From the IMG/VR virus record IMGVR_UViG_3300034066_002191: a stretch of 64,000 nucleotides of DNA. One strand, 5' to 3'. Below, piece by piece: positions 12,801-23,363 of this stretch. The DNA is from a virus. The translations under genes and the position numbers were made by a program. Numbering within the stretch: position 1 is the stretch's first letter; each line of letters begins with the position of its first letter. The notes under the pieces were generated by a model. That model was not told the DNA's origin and made no database searches. It was given only the letters and a program-made list of their open reading frames with translations.

Positions 12801-13454
12801 TGCATCACCATCTACATCCAAAGTAACTTTTGGATTTGATGTGTTTATACCAAAATTACCAGAAGATGGGTTAAAAGATAATTTATTTGTGTTGATATTT
12901 ACAACTGTGGTTCCAGCACCAGATGCAAATACTGGGTAATTAACAGAAGAAGTCGATGACGCAGAAACAATGGATCTTACAAGTGGTTTCCACACAGGAG
13001 AACTTCCTGGTCCACCAGAAACTAAAATGTCATCTTTATTTCCGGAATACTTGGATCTAGTGACAGTTAAATTTACTGATCCGGATCCAGAAGTTCTAGT
13101 ATGTGACGGATCAATTTGTATATTATTGATCCCTATTGAAACTACCTTTGTTCCAGTTTCTATTATGCCACCGACACCATCATCAATTAAATCATATACT
13201 CTAAAATTGCTTGTATTAATTCCAGTTATAAATTGAGGAGATGTGGCACTCGCAATTCCAGAAACAGAGCCAACAGTACTTACTTCTGGTGGAGTGAGTA
13301 ATTGTCCAGTAAATGATACATCCCCTATGACTTCTAGGGCATATTCTAGGGATGTTGTTCCTATGCCAACTTTTTGTGCGTCCGCATCAGCATAGATTAA
13401 ATTTTCGCTTACCTCAAGGCCATTTTTAACAACGAAATTTTTATCTACTCCCAT
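9876..13454 (-). CDS. Large tail fibre/spike protein, probable beta-helix (pectin-lyase-like)
   Basis: IFVTQNGNDSNSG..KRTIKAA...PGVYVEENPI motif; internal duplicated domain. Confidence 0.75.
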   Translation of the reverse strand: MGVDKNFVVKNGLEVSENLIYADADAQKVGIGTTSLEYALEVIGDVSFTGQLLTPPEVSTVGSVSGIASATSPQFITGINTSNFRVYDLIDDGVGGIIETGTKVVSIGINNIQIDPSHTRTSGSGSVNLTVTRSKYSGNKDDILVSGGPGSSPVWKPLVRSIVSASSTSSVNYPVFASGAGTTVVNINTNKLSFNPSSGNFGINTSNPKVTLDVDGDAIFTGVVTATTFNGIASTSINVIGGIGSVTQLTVSGIATVGFVSATNVSVAQTVIANTVDALTYFGSGQALSGIVTQITAGIGVRLSSTELPGKGVVTVDSYFPIGKTIFVTQNGNDSNSGLTESDSKRTIKAAAAIAFPGDTIKVFPGVYVEENPIYLSKRVAVEGTELRNCVVTPKYTDRDLFYVNNSCHITDLSFIGPEMTNGASIVTFQPLAGVATDRFFDAARMIRYNLDFIASETVGYLTSTDYKSPAFVVPTGNPTDCSDDIKDVMKSVIHDITRGGNLKCVGAGKSYFNDSGSLLHITGTDINGYSVKEATIEALRYSAGIARSCINNVSWTGNYQSTYSQVKDLAMQPDIATGSNENIGSCANVVSAIYSCVGVVTTILNQGLSVLGAGINTTFPGNSGVGISSVIGITSAIYDHISGETTILAPTLSVKSGDIVEVRDLVFNCTSGGSIGTQKYPSGAYGYQFDVISVNNNGSFVINTGVSTISHNYVGGGFVVNRAINVTNASYSNTTGITTITAPGAIVKVGQFVRLHDLKFSCTSGAGTTTLYPTGNLGYDFKVIQVIGTGTTFVVNTGVSTIPHTYVSGGVVFPPYSPGVGPITQGPYIRNCTNFVPGSIGMKVDGFDAEPGDQNDIGVTGTMSVDSYTQYNQGGIGVSITNGAYSQLVSIFTICDDIAIFTSSGGQCDITNSNSSFGTKGLVSDGVGDNNTKSIYRYTGIANTDAQDSQSIIEVSGIGNLRPYDGQTLHFGELYYTVQSISITNGGSGYTQVPSVIIDFPNGPNGIRAEATANISNGSVTSIDIISTGSQYRLIDSPSIVIGGPTGVGVTATAQLNLNPIYYTVESATLPSAGISTVTLNTNLNNTVSIGTTVYLNRLSLQIASSHSFEWVGSGNNINTAKPALGGVTIQENEVIKLNGGQVVYTSTDQAGNFRIGDDFTVNQLTGTISGRAAEQNIISTVTPLIIALGK

Positions 13455-13488
13455 TGTTTCTCCTAAGGTTCACTATCCCCTTTCTTTT

Positions 13489-13496
13489 TATTTATA
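13489..13496 (-). promoter_or_regulatory. Late promoter TATAAATA
   Basis: Exact T4 late consensus 35 nt upstream of ATG 13454. Confidence 0.7.
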
Positions 13497-13510
13497 CTTA
13501 TGGAATGTTC

Positions 13511-14479
13511 TTATGGTGCTCCGGTAGATGTGTCTATGTATGAAGATGTTCCTGGATATGCATATACTGAAGATAAAGCGTTTCCAGAAATTGAACTACC
13601 TTCAATACTTATGGAAGAACAAGAAAATGCATAGGCACCATACCCACCAGTATTTCTGATGTGTGCTCCTGTTCCAAGTCGTATTATGCCATTATTGAAT
13701 GCAAGAATGCCATGCTCATTAATATTGGTGATTACATCTCTGTCTGAGTCGGTATTTGCGCTATAAGATGAGAAAGATCCACCAGTTGATGCTTGTATTC
13801 CTCTATTACAATTAGAAACAATAACGGAATAAGCACTAATCATTGAACTATCTGCAAGAATTCCAGTACTATTTGCACTTGGTCCATTGAATCCATGAAA
13901 TGCACAATACTCAAGTCTACCGCTTCCAGCAAATCCTCTACTGTCTACAGTGCCAGTTGCTAATTGATTTCCTGGAGATCCATTCCAAGTACCAAAAAAC
14001 GCAATATTAGAAAATCCCCCTACACCATAAGTGCCACCATGTTGGGACTTATAATAGATTCCATTATTAGAAAAATGGAATCTTGTTGTCCAATGAGTTG
14101 ATATAGATGTATAATTTTGTGATTTTGTTTGTGATGCTAGTGTAGTTGAAAGTGGTCTCGATCCACTTCTACTTGCACCAACTATTTTAATTTGTCCTCC
14201 TTGTGGAGGTTCAAAAGTAATCGATTGATTGACATCAGCTGTTCCTCTAAAATAATAATCACCTGCAGGAATATTCAACTGAACCAGAACATTTGGATCA
14301 TAAGTACGATTGATGATATCACCGTATGCTCTTTTAACTAGGTCACCATTTCCCTCATAGTCTGTTGGTGATATCGTACCATAATCTGTTAAGTTTATCG
14401 TCAATGTCCTAACAAAAGTATCATCTGCGATTCTTTCGCGGCGAATATTATTTCTAAAGGAGGATGAATATTGAGGCAT
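13511..14479 (-). CDS. Right-handed beta-helix tail spike-like protein
   Basis: 322 aa with G/N/S-rich repeating strands in the C-terminal half. Confidence 0.6.
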   Translation of the reverse strand: MPQYSSSFRNNIRRERIADDTFVRTLTINLTDYGTISPTDYEGNGDLVKRAYGDIINRTYDPNVLVQLNIPAGDYYFRGTADVNQSITFEPPQGGQIKIVGASRSGSRPLSTTLASQTKSQNYTSISTHWTTRFHFSNNGIYYKSQHGGTYGVGGFSNIAFFGTWNGSPGNQLATGTVDSRGFAGSGRLEYCAFHGFNGPSANSTGILADSSMISAYSVIVSNCNRGIQASTGGSFSSYSANTDSDRDVITNINEHGILAFNNGIIRLGTGAHIRNTGGYGAYAFSCSSISIEGSSISGNALSSVYAYPGTSSYIDTSTGAP

Positions 14480-14491
14480 TTTTTTCCTTAA

Positions 14492-14974
14492 TTAGTTTAC
14501 AATACGCCAATCATAAGTAGAACCACACCACATTAATGTTAGTGCTTGAGCATCGACATCCATAATCAAAGTATCTCCAGCAGAACCACCTTGAATTCTG
14601 TCCACATTATTTGGATCAATTGTTATATTTTTCTTATATGCATTACCAGTATTAGTTTCTCCAGTACCCACATCAACAATACGAATCCAGTCACCAACTT
14701 CGATAGAAGATCCAATGGGAAGAACAACAGTCCTTTCCGCAGAAGTATTCAATAATAACACTTTATTCATATCACTTGCAGTAAGAGTGATGTTTGTTGT
14801 GATTACTATATCATCATAAACAGTAAATCTATGTTTTCCTGTTATTATACCATCGCAAAAAATAGATGTAACTCCAACTATTCCAGTTCCAGTGAGATTT
14901 ATATTATCTCCAGAAGGAATTTCTTTTAATTTATTATCTGATATATCAAATATTAATGGATACCTATCAGCCAT
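14492..14974 (-). CDS. Tail fibre/baseplate-associated protein
   Basis: VLP...GDWIRIVD...NITIDPN...DWRI pattern seen in T4-like fibre domains. Confidence 0.6.
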   Translation of the reverse strand: MADRYPLIFDISDNKLKEIPSGDNINLTGTGIVGVTSIFCDGIITGKHRFTVYDDIVITTNITLTASDMNKVLLLNTSAERTVVLPIGSSIEVGDWIRIVDVGTGETNTGNAYKKNITIDPNNVDRIQGGSAGDTLIMDVDAQALTLMWCGSTYDWRIVN

Positions 14975-14993
14975 TTTTAGAATTTTCTTTTAT

Positions 14994-17024
14994 TTATGGT
15001 ACATATTGATCCATAATCGGAGTTACGGAGGTATTTGGATTGAATCTTGATGTATATTTTGCTAGTCCTCTATATAATCTCAAATCTTGTACATAAAAAT
15101 CACCAGAAATTAATCTCTGGAAATTTGGAATCATGTAATTATATCTTGTAGAAGTTAAATTCATACTTCTCGAACCGCTAGCAACATTGACTCCATCGAC
15201 CCAAATAAAGAAAGAACTTCCACTCCTAGTCAAAGCAACATGATGCCAGGTATTTACGGTAAAAACTTGATATGATGTTTCACATATTGTTCGTACTATA
15301 CCATTTTGATCTGGATATCCTAATAAAATGCCACGCTTAAATCCAAAAGTATTTGCCCAATTATCTCCTTTAAGGAACAATTGAAAAAAGTAATCATTTG
15401 CATTTCTACTATCAATATATGATGGATAAAATATTGACATTCCCACTTCTCCACCAAAACCAAATTCGCTGGCCCTTATCCACATTTCGATAGTAAAATC
15501 ACTTAGCCCCAAAGCCTGAGTGGAATCGGTATTAATGGACAAATAATTTACTTCAAATTGTTTTGTCGTAGTTCCTTTTGCTAATTTATAAGAACTTAGA
15601 TAGTATTTACTTTGTTCGCTCAATATTGATGGGTTACTTCTTCCTGTGACCGACGAAATTGATGCCGTCGATCTCAACCCTAAAGATAATGAACTACTTG
15701 TTCTGACCTCAGGACTAGCATCTCTGAATTGATTAATTCTTTCTAGTGGGAAAGCGTAAATCAAATATGAAGCATTTGGGTCGGAATTTGCTACGATTGA
15801 TCTATTTGCGACAAACCAAGTGGTTGAAGTATTTCCTAATCTTATTACAGTATTATCGGACTCCAACCAATTATTTGATGTGATAAGTTGTAGTTGTAAT
15901 CTATCTCCATTTCTTATTTTTGCCGAAGTAATAAATCCACTACCATTTACAGATAGTGTCCCACGACCAGAAATGACATTTACATCAAAGTCGATTCCAT
16001 TCGAAAGTCCAGTAATAATTATTGTCTCACTAAAGACTTGGGATTTTAATGGGGCATTTAGAACACTGTTGAAAAATAAATTTGATGGCGTACCATCCAA
16101 TGTTCTTACCGACCATGAAGTAGATGCAGAGCCTATGGTTCCGTTAGTCCCATCCACCGAAATTCTAAATGTTACAGATTTTTCTCCATTATCAAATCCA
16201 GAAGAATTGACTTTCAGTCGCAATATGTCTGAATTGTTTACTATTGCCGAAGTAGAAAAATCATTGTAGTTTGTACTAAATGTCCCTTCACTTGAAAGTA
16301 TCTCTGCTCTATAGTTAAATGATGGATTCAATCCTGAAACAACATAAGTACCACTAATAATTTCAGTCGAATATTGTGCATTAGTGACATTATTAAATGA
16401 TAAATTTATTGGAGACTCTGCCTGTTTTGTCGTTACTTTCCAAGTATACTGCTCCTTTCCTATTGTTATGGTGGTATTGTAAGATCTACCATAAAATTCT
16501 GTACCAACTCCAGTTCCTTGGAATGCTCTGTCGTCTATTTGTGTACTACCATTTAGTGGAAGATTGTAAGTGCCACTTCTTAAATCAAACGATATATTTC
16601 CAGTCAAGGGAATGGAATATTCCACGGGAGTTCTACTAACTATAGTTAAACTGGTCTCGACAATTTTCGGCGGAATCCCAAAAATTCTAAGACCGATTAT
16701 ATCATTTGGCCTAACATAAGATGACTGTGTGTCATATATTGGAAGCGGAAAATCCGCATCAAATGTAGTAGAAGTCTGATCAAATGTTATCTTAGTGCTA
16801 TTAAATACTTTTTTGAAGTTAGTATTTTGAATATAGTACTCTCCATCCCCACTAATTGAAATTGGGACCTTATAATTGATATCTCTAATTGATATCAATG
16901 GAGTTTCGTATATGCCGCCTGGATTTACATTAACTAAATCATTTAATGATATTGTTGGATTATTATCATAAGTACCTCTAAAAGAGTACTCTGACGCATT
17001 ACCAATTGCTCCTAATAATGGCAT
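14994..17024 (-). CDS. Structural protein with C-terminal LamG/concanavalin A-like domain
   Basis: DFTIEMWI...NTWHHVALTRSG...QDLRLYRGLAKYT. Confidence 0.8.
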   Translation of the reverse strand: MPLLGAIGNASEYSFRGTYDNNPTISLNDLVNVNPGGIYETPLISIRDINYKVPISISGDGEYYIQNTNFKKVFNSTKITFDQTSTTFDADFPLPIYDTQSSYVRPNDIIGLRIFGIPPKIVETSLTIVSRTPVEYSIPLTGNISFDLRSGTYNLPLNGSTQIDDRAFQGTGVGTEFYGRSYNTTITIGKEQYTWKVTTKQAESPINLSFNNVTNAQYSTEIISGTYVVSGLNPSFNYRAEILSSEGTFSTNYNDFSTSAIVNNSDILRLKVNSSGFDNGEKSVTFRISVDGTNGTIGSASTSWSVRTLDGTPSNLFFNSVLNAPLKSQVFSETIIITGLSNGIDFDVNVISGRGTLSVNGSGFITSAKIRNGDRLQLQLITSNNWLESDNTVIRLGNTSTTWFVANRSIVANSDPNASYLIYAFPLERINQFRDASPEVRTSSSLSLGLRSTASISSVTGRSNPSILSEQSKYYLSSYKLAKGTTTKQFEVNYLSINTDSTQALGLSDFTIEMWIRASEFGFGGEVGMSIFYPSYIDSRNANDYFFQLFLKGDNWANTFGFKRGILLGYPDQNGIVRTICETSYQVFTVNTWHHVALTRSGSSFFIWVDGVNVASGSRSMNLTSTRYNYMIPNFQRLISGDFYVQDLRLYRGLAKYTSRFNPNTSVTPIMDQYVP

Positions 17025-17029
17025 TTTAG

Positions 17030-20000
17030 TTACTGCTGTGTGTACTGTGACAACGAACGCAATACTGTAAATCTATCAGTAGTTGTCCCGGAATTAGATT
17101 TTTTAATAATCACATATGTATACATGTCAATGCCATTTGGATTTCCTTCTGTAATTGGCAAATCTCCATATTCAAATGCATTAATAACAGTATTATCAAT
17201 TAAGACGGAGGAATTATAGAATGCAGTCCCTCCTTGTGTAGTCATAACGGCAACAGTTAAGGTCTCTCCAACTTTCATGAATTCATTTAATGATTGCAAA
17301 TTACTAGATCTAAAGTTAATTGCCCAATTTCCAACCGCAGATATGGTGTAATAGTATACATTATTGTCATTCAAATTGATATTGAGAGGAGATGCTACAG
17401 TTACGGTACTACCTAGAACTGTAGAAGTATCTACTGTAATTCTCTCAATAATTTCACCCACATTGAGAATTCCATTAATATTTGTAGATCCAATAACTTC
17501 TAATTTGTGAGTTGAACTTGCTTGTGTAGTTCCTATACCAACATTACTGGAAGTGTGAATTCCAGTTGGACTGGTTCTCCATATTGGATCTAGTCCACTT
17601 AATCCAGAACCATCACCATAATATGTTCCGTAATGAGTACCAGACCATATTCCAGTATAATGTCCATTTGAGTTCTCAATGGGTCCAAATCTTCTCCATT
17701 GATTTTGATTAGTGAATACCCATCCAACATTTTCTCCATTATTTGGAATAGTGTTAAAATCGATATCTCCAGTGTTTCCTATGACGACTGGAACAGTATT
17801 TCCTATACTAATCTTTCTAGAGACTTCAGATGACCCTTGAATAAAAATAGAGTTAGCTTCAATACCCTTTTCAGATGTGGATGTAATTTTATTGTTAAAA
17901 ATCACAGGACCATCGAATTTGGAAATTACTTCTTTATTTGGTCCACCCTCTACTTGAATGGATCTAGTAACATTAATTTCAATGGGATTGGAGATATCAA
18001 ATCTATCTACAGTATCTTCTCCAGTTACAGTAGGTATTGGCGCATCATAAACTTCTTCTTGTCCAGTAGCAGAACTAACCTTTTTATTTCCAATATAAAA
18101 ATCTCCATCATTATTCATTCCAGTAAATACATTAATTCCACCATCAGTTTTGAAAGATTGTGATAGCAATTCTTCTCGTGGACTAATTTGTCGGTCTTGT
18201 GATTCTGGCAATGCAGTGGAGTAATTACCTGGACCAAATCCAACATATTCGAAAGTATGTCCAGAAGCACGCAAAATAGAATGTCTTCTTAATTCTATGG
18301 GAACTGGAGAAATTTTTCTAACTACTGAACTAACACTATGAGTTTCAATGGGACTACCCAACACACCACGAATTACAGAAACTATATTTGAAGTTATTGT
18401 TTGTTTAATTTTTAAAATTTCATTATCAATTATTATGAAATCTCCAATTTTTAAGCCAGTTGTAGTCGCATTAGTGATAGATATGGTTGAACTGGAAATA
18501 GAAACTCCGGAAGATAATGTAGCAGAAATCCCAGAATAAGTTGGAATTATTCTGGAAGTATTTTTCTCTTCTTCTTTTGATATGGATCCAGAATTTGAAG
18601 AGTATGTGTGGGTATATGCATAGAATGTACCTTTATCGAGTTGAGTTGTTGTGGTAAATCCTAAATTGACATTAAATGAAAATACACTATTGATTTTATT
18701 TACTATGAAATCATCATTATATCTCTGATTTGTTGGATCAAATAATCTAACTTTGGAATTGATTCTCAGTCCATGAGCAGTGGTGGTAGTTAATATGCCA
18801 GACCTAGAATTTGTTTGGTGAGTAAGCGAAGAAACTAATAATGCCTTGGGACCCAGTTGAGAAATTATAGAGTTAGTATTGACTTCAGTAGAAATTCCCG
18901 CAGTTGGTACCTGAGTGATAGTGGAAGCCGATGCTACCTGTATTGCTCTACTACTAGAAATCCCAGTAATTCTATAAAGATTATTATACTGCGTATAATT
19001 GTCTTCTTTAATTCCATCTATTGTTACGATGTCATTTGTGGAATTGACAATTGCATTTACTCTCACTACCCCAACTACATGAGAATTTGTGGTAGCAACG
19101 CCAACAACAGATAGAGTATTTCCAACTCCATACGCACTACCTGGATTTATTATTTTTATGTTGGTAATTTGGCCGGTCACATTTACCCGGATGAGTGCAG
19201 TAGCATTTTCTCCTACAGTAGATCCGGCAAACCCAACAAGGCGAGCATTGTATAAATCTGCTCCAGTACCATTTCCATAACCAAAACCAGAAGAAACTAT
19301 TGTTAATCCAGAAATTCCATCTAATCCATGATCTATATTAGTATAGAATGTGTGTGCAGTTCCAGTAGAAGACGATCTTATGTCAGTAACGCCAAATCCT
19401 ATTTTGTGGTCGCTAACAAATTTTTCAAAAGTTTCTTTTGTGATACTGTTTTGTGGATTGTCTATTACTACTTGTCCAACTGGTTCTGGTAATGCATATG
19501 ACACAGAAGATTTTGGATCTGAATCTAAATTGTCTCTATTTTCTTGGGGATATAAATTTTGAATTGGCTGAGAGAATTTCAAGTCAGAGAATTCACTTAC
19601 TGTAGGCGAATTCGAGCTATTGACCAATATGATGTGATATATTCCATCTTGCTTATCTTTAATATATTCTTGTATCTGCTCACTTCTGTAAATGTAATAT
19701 GTTTCTTTGTATTTTTTACGAGAAAAATGTGGAAGATTTCCATCGCGCAAAGAAACAACATTCAAAAATGTTCCAGGATTTGGTGTTTTATTATAGGTAA
19801 ATTGTAAAGAATTTGGAATTGATATTACTGTATATGTTCCGTTATAACCAGAGTTACCCAACCCAGTTAGATTAGAAGAACTTATAATTTGATTTATTTC
19901 TACTTGGGATCCAATAGATAAGTTATGTGGAAGTTCAGTGGTAATTGTCGCAGTTTCTCCGGAGTAGGAGGCATTAGATATAATTCTGGGATTTTTAATG

Positions 20001-22471
20001 CTATCCGAATTAGAAATTGTACTGGAATCAATGTTAAATTGAGCAGAAAGTTCTGATAAAGACGGTAAATTATTTGAGGTTGATTCTTGGACGACATAAC
20101 CATCTAATGGAGGTCTTCCTTTTATGGTTGAGTCTTTCGGTATCACATATCTAAATTTGAATATCCTGTCATTTAATCCCCTGGTATCAACTATTCTTTT
20201 AATGTATGTTCTTGCTGTTACACTTATTCCAGCGGACAAAAGTTTAGTATAAATCTGATTTGCGCTTGTTACTTGAATATACCATTGGTTGTTAGTAGAA
20301 TCCCACTGAACAGGATGTCCAACTTCTCCAGAATTTTTATCCGAAACTCTACTAATTACCTTTAGATTTCCCGTTTCTAAACTATAAAGATCAATATCAG
20401 ATGAAGAATTTGCTCCATTAAGTGCATCATTATATGTTTTAGCTAATTTGATTTGATTTGCGCCAAGAACACTAAGAGTAGTGTTTGTAATTACATAATA
20501 TATTTTATTATGTTCAATTCCATTTGGCAATGATCCATTCGAACTAATAATTCTTATTGATTCGCCATTAATAAAATCGTGATTTCCTGTTAATGTGATA
20601 GTGTTAGAATTAATTTCATTATTGATTCCGTTTGCTTTCTTTTTTACTTTATAAACTTTCTCATAGTCAGTCTGCAAAGAAATTCCTTGCATCACTATAG
20701 GTGCACTATATTCTTGTCCAGATATCAATACATTCAAAGTATCACTTGGTTTGGCACCAATTCGATATCCATCAATGATATTTGAAGGTCTATTTGATTG
20801 ATTCGTTTGATTATAAAGATAAAGTCTATTAGAACTCGCAACTGATAGTGTTTTTGTTGCATCTATGGCATCAAATTCTATGTATGGGAAATTTGATGTC
20901 TGTTCTGTTGGAATTTTTTGTGGTGGAATAACATGAGTAATATATCCAACATCATCTCTTGTGAATGAATTTGCATTATATCCTTTTGATACTAATGATT
21001 TTGCGCCAAAGTTGGAATTCGAATTCGTAATTGACTGGTCTCCGCCAGACTCTGCCACAAATTGTTCAGCATAGCCAATGGCAAAAATAGATACTGCCTG
21101 AATGATTGCACCATTACTAGCCTTGACATGATAATTGAGATATCCTTGTTTATAGCGAGCAAGTGAATCTGAATACAGATTTACCGTAGATGATGTTGTT
21201 CTATCTTCGTATAGACCAGTTGTTGGGTTATATTTTACGAATGCATTATTATCTTTTTGTAGTGAGATTCCAGTAAATTGCGCAACAACAATACTTTTAA
21301 ATCCATCTGCCTTTGATCCATCTGCATGTAATCCAGACATACCATATACAGAGCGCAATGATATGTTAAAGACATAAGGAGAAGCAGAAGTTACTGTATC
21401 TGCCACTACTGATAGTGTTCCACCGGAGCCTCCATTTGCAATAATTGGAGTCTCCGAAACATTATATTCAATTTTATTTGCTGCCAGTACACTACTTACT
21501 ACATATTGTCCATTGTATCCAGCAACTGATACGCCATCAATTCTGATTGGAGTATCGACCTGAACATCTTCAAAATCATTATCTAATGTTACTGTAATTT
21601 TTGAATTACTAGCGGTAATGCTAGTAATTCCGATTTGACTTCCTTTTGAACCTACAATTCGATACTCATCAATTTTTGGCTGGATGTCTATGGTCGCTGG
21701 ATAAGTAGGCTCAATTTTTCTTCCACTAGAATCGCCATATGCGATACTAATTTTTTCATAATACATTTCCAGATCAGTTCTTTCGAATGTACCCACTCCA
21801 TCCAAAGCTACATTATTAATACCGTCAGCATATTCGAACGCTGTAAGCTTATGGTGAGAAAAATTTGGGACAAGTTTCAAGTTGGTATAATTTGTAAAGC
21901 ACTGTCCGTTTGGATCGGCATCAAATACTGAAAATTGCCACAAATAACAAGCGCCAGTCAATCTAAAAATTGCAGAATGATCAATTGTATCATCAGTTGG
22001 ATCTGGTACATATTTTGGTCTTATTTTTGTCTTTCGTAGGTCCATCCCAACAATTGATGTACCTCTGGGAACGATCACTCCACCATGAACCGAATTCAAT
22101 TTGTATAGATCATTATTGTCAGTGGTGACATCAAAATTTGTTCTTAACGAAAATTGATCAAAATTAGATGTTGTAGTTCCATTCCTAAAAAGAAAACTAG
22201 AACCATTTGGTATAAGACCTGGCCTATTATCAATTAAATGATCCCCTGGATATAAAACAATGGAAGTATTGCCAAATTTGTCATTATTTTGACCAGGAAG
22301 ATAAGAATATCTTGCTGCCTCTACCAATGCGCGTTGCAGAGTTCTAAACGGTCTTGCTGGCGAAGTTCCAGTATTTTCAATTGAGTCTGTTGCATCCAAT
22401 GCGTTAGGGTCAACATATATAATAGTTCCCTTTATTGCACGCAAGAAATTTTCTAATCTTGAAAGACCCAT
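17030..22471 (-). CDS. Very large virion structural (tail fibre/baseplate) protein
   Basis: 1813 aa; MGLSRLENFL start typical of cyanomyovirus structural proteins; shares S(S/G)HxFExVG and ITNSNS motifs with 9876..13454. Confidence 0.8.
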   Translation of the reverse strand: MGLSRLENFLRAIKGTIIYVDPNALDATDSIENTGTSPARPFRTLQRALVEAARYSYLPGQNNDKFGNTSIVLYPGDHLIDNRPGLIPNGSSFLFRNGTTTSNFDQFSLRTNFDVTTDNNDLYKLNSVHGGVIVPRGTSIVGMDLRKTKIRPKYVPDPTDDTIDHSAIFRLTGACYLWQFSVFDADPNGQCFTNYTNLKLVPNFSHHKLTAFEYADGINNVALDGVGTFERTDLEMYYEKISIAYGDSSGRKIEPTYPATIDIQPKIDEYRIVGSKGSQIGITSITASNSKITVTLDNDFEDVQVDTPIRIDGVSVAGYNGQYVVSSVLAANKIEYNVSETPIIANGGSGGTLSVVADTVTSASPYVFNISLRSVYGMSGLHADGSKADGFKSIVVAQFTGISLQKDNNAFVKYNPTTGLYEDRTTSSTVNLYSDSLARYKQGYLNYHVKASNGAIIQAVSIFAIGYAEQFVAESGGDQSITNSNSNFGAKSLVSKGYNANSFTRDDVGYITHVIPPQKIPTEQTSNFPYIEFDAIDATKTLSVASSNRLYLYNQTNQSNRPSNIIDGYRIGAKPSDTLNVLISGQEYSAPIVMQGISLQTDYEKVYKVKKKANGINNEINSNTITLTGNHDFINGESIRIISSNGSLPNGIEHNKIYYVITNTTLSVLGANQIKLAKTYNDALNGANSSSDIDLYSLETGNLKVISRVSDKNSGEVGHPVQWDSTNNQWYIQVTSANQIYTKLLSAGISVTARTYIKRIVDTRGLNDRIFKFRYVIPKDSTIKGRPPLDGYVVQESTSNNLPSLSELSAQFNIDSSTISNSDSIKNPRIISNASYSGETATITTELPHNLSIGSQVEINQIISSSNLTGLGNSGYNGTYTVISIPNSLQFTYNKTPNPGTFLNVVSLRDGNLPHFSRKKYKETYYIYRSEQIQEYIKDKQDGIYHIILVNSSNSPTVSEFSDLKFSQPIQNLYPQENRDNLDSDPKSSVSYALPEPVGQVVIDNPQNSITKETFEKFVSDHKIGFGVTDIRSSSTGTAHTFYTNIDHGLDGISGLTIVSSGFGYGNGTGADLYNARLVGFAGSTVGENATALIRVNVTGQITNIKIINPGSAYGVGNTLSVVGVATTNSHVVGVVRVNAIVNSTNDIVTIDGIKEDNYTQYNNLYRITGISSSRAIQVASASTITQVPTAGISTEVNTNSIISQLGPKALLVSSLTHQTNSRSGILTTTTAHGLRINSKVRLFDPTNQRYNDDFIVNKINSVFSFNVNLGFTTTTQLDKGTFYAYTHTYSSNSGSISKEEEKNTSRIIPTYSGISATLSSGVSISSSTISITNATTTGLKIGDFIIIDNEILKIKQTITSNIVSVIRGVLGSPIETHSVSSVVRKISPVPIELRRHSILRASGHTFEYVGFGPGNYSTALPESQDRQISPREELLSQSFKTDGGINVFTGMNNDGDFYIGNKKVSSATGQEEVYDAPIPTVTGEDTVDRFDISNPIEINVTRSIQVEGGPNKEVISKFDGPVIFNNKITSTSEKGIEANSIFIQGSSEVSRKISIGNTVPVVIGNTGDIDFNTIPNNGENVGWVFTNQNQWRRFGPIENSNGHYTGIWSGTHYGTYYGDGSGLSGLDPIWRTSPTGIHTSSNVGIGTTQASSTHKLEVIGSTNINGILNVGEIIERITVDTSTVLGSTVTVASPLNINLNDNNVYYYTISAVGNWAINFRSSNLQSLNEFMKVGETLTVAVMTTQGGTAFYNSSVLIDNTVINAFEYGDLPITEGNPNGIDMYTYVIIKKSNSGTTTDRFTVLRSLSQYTQQ

Positions 22472-22651
22472 TTTATTATCTTTATAAATTCCTTATGACT
22501 TATTTAGCTACAAGAAAACCCCTAACTAGAGGGGCGAAATAAAGAAATTATAATAAACAATAGAAATAAAAAAGCAGAAATTTCTAATGAGTTAATCATA
22601 AGAAATATAATCGTGATATACTTTATGTATCTTATGATTGAGTATTAGTAC

Positions 22652-22822
22652 TTAGTTTTGTTTGCATTCCATCATATATTCTACAGTATTTGCAACATCA
22701 TTCATTGCGTCACGAAGATGTGGTTGTTGTCCAGATTCCTGTTTACAAATTGGCCTAGTGTTGTCTGTGAGGGTCCACCGCCATTGTTTCATTTCTGGAC
22801 AGAACCACAAATTAATCCTCAT
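22652..22822 (-). CDS. Hypothetical protein (MRINLWFCPEMKQWRWTL...)
   Basis: Start reassigned to ATG 22822; the track's longer version overlaps a separate upstream ORF. Confidence 0.65.
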   Translation of the reverse strand: MRINLWFCPEMKQWRWTLTDNTRPICKQESGQQPHLRDAMNDVANTVEYMMECKQN

Positions 22823-22970
22823 GTTTGAAGTGCTCCAATTCGATCCAGTTGAGTAGAGTTTGGAAAGCATTGATGGATGCTTGTGTGCAATCATCATCTT
22901 TAAGTTTTTGAACATAATATTCAAGTGCTTCAATGACCATTTGGCGGTCTGTTTGTGAAATAAGTGACAT
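22812..22970 (-). CDS. Small hypothetical protein (52 aa)
   Basis: Hand-translated MSLISQTDRQMVIEALEYYVQKLK...KHED*; below the ORF-track cutoff. Confidence 0.65.
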   Translation of the reverse strand: MSLISQTDRQMVIEALEYYVQKLKDDDCTQASINAFQTLLNWIELEHFKHED

Positions 22971-22991
22971 TTTAGAGTTTTAAAGAACTCA

Positions 22992-23063
22992 AGCCGAATA
23001 TCGGGATCAAACCGATGACATCCATATTACAAGTATGGCGCTCTATCACTGAGCTAATTCGGC
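22992..23063 (-). tRNA. tRNA-Thr(UGU), no encoded CCA
   Basis: Acceptor GCCGAAT/ATTCGGC; D arm GCTC/GAGC; anticodon arm CCATA-CTTGTAA-TATGG; T arm ATCGG-TTTGATC-CCGAT. Confidence 0.92.
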
Positions 23064-23064
23064 A

Positions 23065-23334
23065 TTAATCAATAGGCAACATTTCTGGATTTTCTAATTC
23101 TAGTTCGAACATAAGAGGATGGCATTCTTCTAGAATTAAATATTGAGATGATTTATATAAATCATCGGAATTAAATCTTCTTTCGTTATCTGCTAATTTT
23201 ATTAATTCTAAATCAGTTGTGCACTCGTCCGGCAATTCATCAAAAGTAAAGGCGACCGAATTTATGAAATACATTAAAACGATTCGAGATCCAGTATCAT
23301 ACCAAACATATCTGGCGTCTATTCTGTATTCCAT
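23065..23334 (-). CDS. Hypothetical protein
   Basis: 89-aa acidic ORF; stop codon 1 nt before the tRNA. Confidence 0.75.
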   Translation of the reverse strand: MEYRIDARYVWYDTGSRIVLMYFINSVAFTFDELPDECTTDLELIKLADNERRFNSDDLYKSSQYLILEECHPLMFELELENPEMLPID

Positions 23335-23363
23335 AGAATAGTTCCTTTACTTTTGTTTATTTA

